In this document: one piece after another, positions 54,901-64,000 of the stretch
Layout of the letters: the number at the start of each line of letters is the position of its first letter
How positions within the stretch are numbered: the stretch's first letter is position 1
The notes under the pieces: model-generated
The model's database searches: none
The model's input: the letters and a program-made list of their open reading frames with translations, nothing else
What the model was told of the DNA's origin: nothing
Position numbers and translations under genes: made by a program
Source of the DNA: Eledone cirrhosa
Taxonomy: Eukaryota
Assembly (NCBI GenBank): GCA_964016885.1
Contig: OZ024752.1
Coordinates: forward strand, 31,124,001-31,188,000
DNA length: 64,000 bases
Direction: 5' to 3'

Positions 54901-55065
54901 CCGTATTTCTTAGCGTTGAAGACGCTACTAAAATAAGTCTAAAAAATCTACCATGCGTCTTGGAGGCCGAAGGTTGTTTATTATTTTTTTTTTCTTCAAA
55001 TTTTTGGATTTCAAAATTAGGGTGCGTACTCGAGGACGAAGCGTCTTCGGGGCCGGGAAATACGG
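54901..55065. mobile_element. Tc1/mariner/pogo-type MITE (relatives at 43995-44114, 40911-40960, 46302-46500, 55551-55600)
   Basis: TA|CCGTATTTC ... GAAATACGG|TA. Confidence 0.7.
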
Positions 55066-55807
55066 TAACAGCCATGAAAGAATTTTACACATCATATGTA
55101 TCATCTATCGACAATATGACACACGTTCGCTTCAGTTTTGTTTCGGCCATTTGCCATTAACTCATATTAATGGTCCACGGTATTTAAAGTTATGAATTTA
55201 ATGATCCGTGAGGTCCGAAAGTTTGGAGAAGCTGGTCTAAATTGGAAGTTTAACCTAAAATTTATGACGATAAAGTTCAGTGAAAAAACATGTGGCTTTT
55301 CTCGTGGTGGTTGTTATTTAGCAGCAGGTTAAACTGGTTTAGCCGTTACCATTCCTGCTTTTTTTTGTCTTCATATTACTGAGTTACCTCTGACATGATC
55401 TCAGCTTAAGATATTCGTAGTGAGACTCTTGTATGTTTATTATGTACAAATGTTGTTTATATCTTTATATAACCACTAGGGGGTTGTCATGTCTCTAACA
55501 CACCTGAAGTGCGCGCGCGTGTGTGTGTGTGTGTATATATATATACATATATACCATATTTCCCGGCACCGAAGATGCTTCGTCCTCGAGGACGTACCCT
55601 AATTTATGTAAAATGTATGTGTGTGTGTATAAAGAGTGTTTTAACTGGTCGACGGCTGCTTAATGAGTTTATTTTAGATTAAAAAACAACAAAAAAGCTT
55701 CATTTCATTCTTCGCCGTCACCACCTTCATTACCACTATATCCATTAACCAACATACCTTCCTATAACCCCAGTATCTCATGTGTAGGTAGGTAAGTAGA
55801 TATATAT

Positions 55808-56212
55808 AATTGTTTCTACTTTAGGCACAAGGCCAGCAATTACCCAGTGCATTACATTACTGGTACTTTGTTTTATCGGCCCCCCGTAAGGATGAAAGGC
55901 AAAGTCAACCTCGGCGGGATTTGAACTCAGACTGTAAAGGGACGTAACTATGCTAGAAAGCATGGCATCCAACCCTATACCGATACTGCCAATTCACCGC
56001 CCTTATTTATATATAATAAATAATTGTTTCTACTTTAGGCACAAGGCCAGCAATTACCCAGTGCATTACATTACTGGTACTTTATTTTATCGACCCCGTA
56101 AGGATGAAAGGCAAAGTCAACCTCGGCGGGATTTGAACTCAGATCGTAAAGGGACGTAACTATGCTGCAAAGCATGGCGTCCGACCCTCCACCGATACTG
56201 CCAATCCACCGT
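55808..56212 (-). mobile_element. Two tandem family A SINEs
   Basis: Both copies share a private GCATTACATTACTGG duplication. Confidence 0.9.
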
Positions 56213-56321
56213 AATATATGTATAGTTATGTATAGTTATGTCATTAAACAGTGCTCCCTTTCCTACGCCTTTCATCGTTTTTTCAACTTTCATCCGCGTA
56301 ACACACACACACACACACACA

Positions 56322-56942
56322 CAGAGCGAGACGGGCAGAGAGAGACGGGCAGACTCAGAGAGAGAGACAGACGGGCAGACTCAGAGAGACAGACGGGCAG
56401 ACAGAGAGAGTGATGGGCAGACTCAGAGAGAGACGGGCAGACTCAGAGAGAGACGGGCAGAGAAAGAGAGAGGCGGGCAGACAGAGAGAGAGGCGGACAG
56501 AGAGAGAGAGGCGGACAGAGAGAGAGAGGCGAGCAGAGAGAGAGAGGCGGGCAGAGAGAGAGAGAGACAGACGGGGAGAGAAAGAGAGAGACGGACAGAC
56601 GGGCAGAGAAAGAGAGAGACGGACAGACGGGCAGAGAAAGAGAGAGACGGACAGACGGGCAGAGAAAGAGAGAGACGGACAGACGGGCAGAGAAAGAGAG
56701 AGACGGACAGACGGGCAGACAGAGAGAGAGACGGGCAGACTCAGAGAGAGATAGACGGGCAGACTCAGAGAGAGATAGACGGGCAGACAGAGAGAGAGAG
56801 AGAGAGAGACGGGCAGAGAGAGAGAGAGAGACGGACAGACGGGCAGACAGAGAGAGAGAGGCGGGCAGAGACAGACGCGCAGACAGAGACAGACGCGCAG
56901 ACAGAGAGAGAGAGATAGACGGGCAGAGAGAGAGAGAGAGAG
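56322..56942. repeat. Purine-rich minisatellite
   Basis: Repeated GAGAGACGGGCAGA. Confidence 0.9.
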
Positions 56943-57656
56943 GCGTATTTATATTATATATTCTTGTAAAGACATTTATTGGGTATGCCATACTGGACTT
57001 AAAGACCTTGATGGCTGAAGTATGCGCACGAAAACCAGACATGTGCCCCCCCCCCCGCTTCATTACACACGCACACGCACGCACGTACGCACGCGCTCGA
57101 TATTTTTGGGGTGAGGTGGGAGTTATCTCCTCTTATCCTTCATATCCGGGTTGTTATCTCTCAAGTACGTATATGACCAAATGTCAGCAGGTAACTTGTT
57201 AATTGACAAACGGTGTGTTGGTCGATATTACGATGCTATCTTTTTGTTGTTTAACGTTTTCCTTACGACTACATATAGATCTGATTGTTAAACAGATTTG
57301 CCAATGTAGTATTGACTCTGAGTTTCATTTCCTGCCTCTATATTTGTTGTATATTATTTGTGTGTGTGTGTTATTTTGTTGGCAGTTGATTGGTATATTA
57401 GTAGAGCGGGGGGGGGGGGGATTGGCAGTATCGGTAGAGTGTCGGACAACACGATTTGCGGTATAGTTACGTCTCTTTGTGATCTGAGTTCAAATCCCGC
57501 CGAGGTTAACTTTGCCTTTCATCCGTACGGGGTCGATAAAATAAAGTACCAGTAACGCACTGGGGGTTGATTTAATCGACCCCCCCCCCTCCCTCAAAAT
57601 TGCTGGCCTTGTGCCTGCAGTAGGAATCATTAGTTGTTGGCAACCGATTAGCATAT

Positions 57657-58483
57657 TGGTAGAGTGGGGCTGTGGGATGTCGGTAGAGTGGGGCTGTGGG
57701 TTGGCAGTATCGGTAGAGTGGGGCTGTGGGTTGGCAGTATCGGTAGAGTGGGGCTGTGGGTTGGCAGTATCGGTAGAGTGGGGCTGTGGGTTGGCAGTAT
57801 CGGTAGAGTGGGGCTGTGGGTTGGCAGTATCGGTAGAGTGGGGCTGTGGGTTGGCAGTGTCGGTAGAGTGGGGCTGTGGGTTGGCAGTGTCGGTAGAATG
57901 TCGGGCTGTGAGTTGGCAGTGTCGGTAGAGTGGGGCTGTGGGTTGGCAGTGTCGGTAGAGTGGGGCTATGGGTTGGCAGTGTCGGTAGAGTGGGGCTGTG
58001 GGTTGGCAGTATCGGTAGAGTGGGGCTGTGGGTTGGCAGTATCGGTAGAATGTCGGGCTGTGGGTTGGCAGTATCGGTAGAGTGGGGCTGTGGGTTGGCA
58101 GTATTGGTAGAGTGGGGCTGTGGGTTGGCAGTATCGGTAGAATGTCGGGCTGTGGGTTGGCAGTATCGGTAGAGTGGGGCTGTGGGTTGGCAGTATCGGT
58201 AGAGTGGGGCTGTGGGTTGGCAGTATCGGTAGAGTGGGGCTGTGGGTTGGCAGTGTCGGTAGAGTGGGGCTGTGGGTTGGCAGTGTCGGTAGAGTGGGGC
58301 TGTGGGTTGGCAGTGTCGGTAGAGTGGGGCTGTGGGTTGGCAGTATCGGTAGAGTGGGGCTGTGGGTTGGCAGTATCGGTAGAATGTCGGGCTGTGGGTT
58401 GGCAGTATCGGTAGAGTGGGGCTGTGGGTTGGCAGTATCGGTAGAGTGGGGCTGTGGGTTGGCAGTATCGGTAGAATGTCGGG
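57657..58483 (+). repeat. 30-bp minisatellite made of the family A SINE head, about 27 units
   Basis: Unit TTGGCAGTATCGGTAGAGTGGGGCTGTGGG. The last unit continues into a SINE body (B box at about 58524). Confidence 0.93.
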
Positions 58484-58789
58484 CAACAGCTTTTCAGTAT
58501 AGTTACCTCTCTTTACATTCTGAGTTCAAATCTCGACGAAGTTAGCTTTGCCTTTCATCTTTACGGGGTTGGTAAAATAAAGTACCAGTAACGCACTCGG
58601 GTTAATTTTAAAATCTACAGTATATATATTTTTTTAGAGAAGGGCGTCAAATTTCCTGTAGCTTAGGGGCTCAGCAGGTGAAAGTCCGGTCCTTCTGAAA
58701 TCAACTTATCAGTAGTTTAGAGTGGTAACAACACGGCTGAATTACCTGTGATGAAGGTAACTGTAGAGGTAGTTCAGATGAACCCCAAC

Positions 58790-59725
58790 GTTGTTGTTGT
58801 AGTAGTAGTAGTTGTTGTTATAGTAGTAGTTGTTGTTGTTATAGTAGTAGTTGTTGTTGTTATAGTAGTAGTTGTTGTTATAGTAGTAGTAGTTGTTATA
58901 ATAGTTGTTATAGTAGTAGTAGTTGTTGTTGTTATAGTAGTAGTAGTTGTTGTTGTTATAGTAGTAGTAGTTGTTGTTGTTATAGTAGTAGTAGTTGTTG
59001 TTGTTATAGTAGTAGTAGTTGTTGTTGTTATAGTAGTAGTTGTTGTTGTTATAGTAGTAGTTGTTGTTGTTATAGTAGTAGTAGTTGTTGTTATAGTAGT
59101 AGTAGTTGTTGTTGTTATAGTAGTAGTAGTTGTTGTTGTTATAGTAGTAGTAGTTGTTGTTGTTATAGTAGTAGTAGTTGTTGTTGTTATAGTAGTAGTA
59201 GTTGTTGTTGTTATAGTAGTAGTAGTTGTTGTTGTTATAGTAGTAGTAGTTGTTGTTATAGTAGTAGTAGTTGTTGTTGTTATAGTAGTAGTAGTAGTTG
59301 TTAAAGTAGTAGTAGTTGTTGTTGTTATAGTAGTAGTAGTTGTTGTTGTTATAGTAGTAGTAGTTGTTGTTGTTATAGTAGTAGTAGTAGTTGTTGTTAT
59401 AGTAGTAGTAGTTGTTGTTATAGTAGTAGTTGTTGTTATAGTAGTAGTTGTTGTTGTTGTTATAGTAGTAGTTGTTGTTGTTATAGTAGTAGTAGTTGTT
59501 ATAGTAGTAGTAGTTGTTGTTATAGTAGTAGTAGTTGTTGTTATAGTAGTAGTAGTTGTTGTTATAGTAGTAGTTGTTGTTATAGTAGTAGTAGTTGCTA
59601 TAGTAGTAGTAGTTGTTGTTATAGTACTAGTTGTTGTTATAGTAGTAGTAGTAGTAGTAGTTGTTGTTATAGTAGTAGTAGTAGTTGTTGTTATAGTAGT
59701 AGTAGTAGTTGTTGTTATAGTAGTA
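58790..59725. repeat. (GTA)n(GTT)nATA compound repeat
   Basis: Directly visible in the sequence. Confidence 0.97.
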
Positions 59726-60973
59726 TCAGCAGCAAAGCTATTGTGCGTTTATTCCTTCTCATCCTCCTACTTCTTCTTTGGTCACTTATTCCTGCGATGG
59801 GTGTGGGGCACAATGTCCTCCAGCACTCCATCCAGTAGCTTCTGTCTGAAGCAACCACATCCAATTGATCCGGCTAGATCCCCAAGAGTTTATTCCTAAT
59901 TTCTAAATTGTTTTAAATCTATCAACTTCGTTATCAGCTTCCATTTAGGTCTGAGATATTTCTTAGCTCTGAAGTTGAAATCAATTCTTTGTAATGTGTG
60001 AAGTGATGTTGTCCATCTTGTGAGGTTATCAGAGTTTGCTATGGTTAGTAATGTCTTAGAGACTGGTGACAGTTTAAAGCTAGTGTTGTTGATGAGTAAG
60101 AGAGAGTTGTAAGTTTGTTTATTTAAAATAGTTTTAATAATTGTTATCGGTCTCTGTTTGAAAATAAATAGACTTCCGTTGTTAAGATCTCGTATTGTGC
60201 GATGTTTTAGAAGTCTTTGTTCCATGGAATATGTGCACAATGCAGAAGTGGCTGATGGTAGTGGTGGTGGTCGGCGATGGTTGTGGTGGTGGTGGTGGTG
60301 GCTGATGATGCATCTATTCGAAACCTGTATGCCGGAAGGCGAGGAAAAGTGCAGAGTGGTTTTGTTGGCGGATGTGCGGTGTCCGTGTGGTTGTAGTTGT
60401 AGGAAATGGTTGTGAGTACTTATTGTAATATAAAGAAAATAGGTCGGTGAAATACATTGAATTCTCTGGAGTACATTAGGTTTGTTAGTGCTTCGTAAAC
60501 TGAAATTCACGCATGATTCTCGCTCAACACAGACCCCCTCGCACTTTGTTTGGGCTTCTTTCTTCACCTCACACAATACAGACCCCCTCGCACTTTGTTT
60601 GGGCTTCTTTCTCCACCTCGCACAACACAGACCCCCTCGCACTTTGTTTCAGCTTATCTCTTGTAATGTTGTGTAATGTGGGCTTCGTATTTGTTGATTT
60701 ATATCTACCATCTGATGTGTAGTAGTATATATTATCTTGTGTAACCAACCAACTAGTAACTGCTCCCGGGTCTCGAATCCCCACCCTCCCCCCCCACCTC
60801 GTTTATTAAATTTTCAGATTTTTCCACCCCATCCAATTTTGCAAATCTATCCTCCCGGTAAAATTTTTATTTTAGGTGGTAGCATTCCTGCGGACAATTA
60901 ATTTTCTTTAGACATTAAAAAACATTTATACATGACAAAAAAAAAAAAGAACATTACAAGAAACCGCATACGT

Positions 60974-61004
<31 letters not shown>

Positions 61005-61199
61005 ATATATATATATATAATATATGGAAAGTTATATTTAAAATTGTTGGGGTTACAACTAGTAAATATTTATAAAAGCACTTGTTTATATTGTATTTTG
61101 TCTGAGGAAGGCATAGCATATTGTTAATATGATATCCCCGAAATATATATAATGAAATAAATATGGTTTTTATAAATATAGCTTCCATTTATTTAATAT

Positions 61200-61232
<33 letters not shown>

Positions 61233-61323
61233 ACGTATGCGGTTTCTTGTAATGTTCTTTTTTTTTTGTCATGTATAATGTTTGATGTTCCCACTAAACT
61301 GGTTCGATTTCCACTAAACTGGT

Positions 61324-62679
61324 TATACAGTCATCCCCCACGCCGATGGCCTTCGCGCCCTCAAACACTACCTCGACCTTCGCCCCTCCCCCATTCCCTC
61401 CACCCCCACCCTCCTTCGCCTCGCCGAGCTGGTCCTCACCCTAAATTGTTTCTCCTTCTCGGGTGAGTTTTACCAACAGGTCACGGGGGTAGCCATGGGT
61501 ACAAGAATGGGCCCGAACTATGCCAACCTTTTTGTTGGCCATGTTGAGGCCCAAATCTTTGCCCAGTACACCGGCCCCACGCCCGAACTGTACGGTCGTT
61601 ACATTGACGACTGTATCGGAGCCACGACCCTCACCCGAGAACAGCTCGACTCCTTTCTCTCCTTCTTCTGCTCCTTCCACCCCTCCCTCCACTTCACCAC
61701 CTCTATCTCCACCACCCACGTCCACTTCTTAGACATCTCCGTCGCCTTCGACCCCTCCCACCACTCCCTCGTCACCTCCGCCTTCTTCAAACCCACCGAC
61801 TCCCACTCTTACCTCGTCTTCACCTCTTCCCACTCCACCCACACTAAACACTCCATTCCCTACTCCCAACTTCTCAGGATCCGCCGCCTCTGTAGCCGTG
61901 ATGCTGACTTCGAGTCCCAGGCCCTTTCCCTAGTCAGCCATTTCATCCGCAGAGGTTACCCCCCCTCTCTCGTCTACACCGCTCTCACCCGCGCCCGTGC
62001 TATCCCCCGCTCCACCACCCTCACCCCACGCCACCGCACACCCACCCACCCACCGTCTCCCCTTCCCCATCACCTATCACCCCTCCACCTTACCCCTCCA
62101 CCGCACCATCCGCCGCCTCTTCCGACGCCTCCAGTCCGACCCCTCCACCTCCCACATCTTCCCAACCCCACCACTCCCCTCCTTCAAACGCGCACGCAAT
62201 CTCCGCACCCTCCTCGTCCACAGCTCCCTACCCCCCAACCCAAGCTCTGGGCCCCCCCCCCCGGTTCCTTCCCCTGTTCTAGGCCCCGCTGCAACACCTG
62301 TCCCCACAACACCAACACCACCACCTTCCAGGGTCCCAACGGCCACCCTCTCTCGGTCCGGCATGCCTTCCGCTGCACCTCCTCCAACCTAGTTTACGGA
62401 CTTCGCTGCACGGAGTGCCGCGCGACTTATGTCGGACAGACGGGACGTCGCCTGGCGGACCGAGTCACGGAGCACCTCCGGGATATTCGTCTCGGGGGCA
62501 GTTCCCCCATCGCCCGCCACTTTGGTGGCCCTGGACACTCCGCACACCATCTCACAGTCTGTGGCCTACTCCAGTGCCACGGAACACCCGCCCATCGCCT
62601 TACGGTCGAACAACGCACTATCTTCATCTTACAGACCCACACTCCCCCCGGCCTGAACTCCCCACCCTTATTCCTTTAG
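61324..62679 (+). pseudogene. 5'-truncated Penelope-like retroelement ORF (reverse transcriptase plus GIY-YIG endonuclease, Neptune-like), with two compensating frameshifts
   Basis: Frame open from 61324: YTVIPH..LAELVLTLNCFSF..YQQVTGVAMGTRMGPNYANLFVG..YGRYIDDCIG..FLDISV..KPTDSHSYL..IPYSQLLRIRRLCS..RGYP. Then CSRPRCNTC, FRCTSSNLVYGLRCTECRATYVGQTGRRLADRVTEH..HF..EQ..P.GLN. The conserved linker (RLPFPITYHP..LQSDP..IFPTPPLPSFKRARNLRTLLVHS) lies in the shifted frame between about 62045 and the C-run at about 62252-62262. RT motif A Asp is missing and a stop lies at 61315-61317. Confidence 0.93.
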
Positions 62680-63669
62680 CGTTCGACCGCCCCCTCCCCC
62701 CACACTTATCCCCCACTAACACCACTAACACACCCCTCCTTTTCACCGCCCACCCCACACTAACAATACTAACACCTCCACTCACCCCTCATCTGACCAC
62801 CCTTGCCCAACTAACATACTAACATCCCTTCCCTCCCCTCTTCTCCTCCTCCTCCCCCCTTCTTATCACACGCACACACTTACACCACCCACCCCACACG
62901 CAACTAACATCGCTAACACCCCCCCCAACCCCACACACCCTCGTACACCACCAACTCTACACACCCTACCACCACTAACCACCACTCACACCTGCATTCC
63001 ACCCCTCCCCATCTCCCGTATACTAACACCCACTAACACCTCTTCACCAAACTACACACACACACCAGTACACCACACTCCCTCCATAGAACCACACACA
63101 CCCTTCTCTCCCCGCTCCACCCACACCCCCGCTCCGCACTCACTCATCCCACTAACACCCCTACTAATACACACACACACACACACCCTCCTCACTCCAA
63201 CTCTCACACCTACCCATCCTCACCTCCCTACCATTCCACCGTCTACTGCTATGACCTCCCAGCACCAACTGACCACAGCACTCCCACTGCTGACCACTTT
63301 CTGTTGCGCGCGCACCCCACATCTCTCCTCTTCCGACCACCGCTTCTTGGATTACCCACACGCGAAATTGACTTATAACCAAACCTCCAAACATCCGTGG
63401 AACTTACCAACTTTTCAACCATCCTCTTACGCCATCACCTATATAACTCACCCACACACATCCCCAAACATTTTTTTTTCTCCACACGCCACCCACACCC
63501 ACAACACGCTTAAACCCCACACACACGTGCTTCCCACCACATATTTACACCCTCGGCCTCCTGATTCCTCTCCCCCCACCCTCTATCCACACACGCACAC
63601 ACTCCGACCCCCCCCCCCCCCCCCGCACCTCTTCCTGAACATGCAACCCCGTTCTTCCCCCAACCCTCA

Positions 63670-63733
<64 letters not shown>

Positions 63734-64000
63734 ACCTTCAGCCCTCCCCGCTCGGACACCCCGTCTCCCTCTCCCCACTCCACCCGCCACCACCCCTACT
63801 CACCCCACACCCTTCCACCACCTGTTTACCCCCCTTTTAATTTCAGTTTATTTTGATCACGCCTTATTTTTTTATTTTTTCATTCCTTGTATTTTGATCA
63901 TGCTTTATTTTTATTTTTTATATTTTTTGTCTTCATTTGTTAATTTTTCATTCGCACCGTTTCCTTTCGCTATATGTCTCTCCACCACTCCCCTACACAC
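62680..64000 (+). mobile_element. C/A-rich 3' region (probable UTR/pLTR) of the Penelope-like element
   Basis: Contiguous with the ORF stop, has the same strong C skew, contains repeated CTAACA motifs and ends in a T-rich segment. Confidence 0.55.

Noticed and set aside
47770-58483. Regular repeats as a CRISPR array
   Set aside because: No unique spacers, no cas genes, and a eukaryotic context. The same applies to 6457-6832 and 35424-35878.

Overview
AT-rich, microsatellite-saturated eukaryotic intronic or intergenic DNA. The SINE families resemble those I recall from octopod cephalopods; this is inference and needs a database check. No intact host gene is recognisable, and nearly all long ORFs in the track are translated repeats. 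The only clear protein homologies are a 5'-truncated Penelope-like element (PLE; RT plus GIY-YIG, 61324-62679) and RTE-clade LINE 3' fragments. The window also holds more than 30 tRNA-derived SINE copies (Meta-like and CORE families), several MITE families (piggyBac/TTAA, hAT, Merlin-like, Tc1/mariner/pogo), two Helitron-like elements and several minisatellites, two of which appear to derive from SINE parts. The most notable hidden layer is a set of short hammerhead-ribozyme cassettes from at least five unrelated sequence families. They sit in or beside (TA)n tracts and are often folded back into palindromes centred on ribozyme hairpins, which suggests non-autonomous PLE pLTR or retrozyme-like elements.
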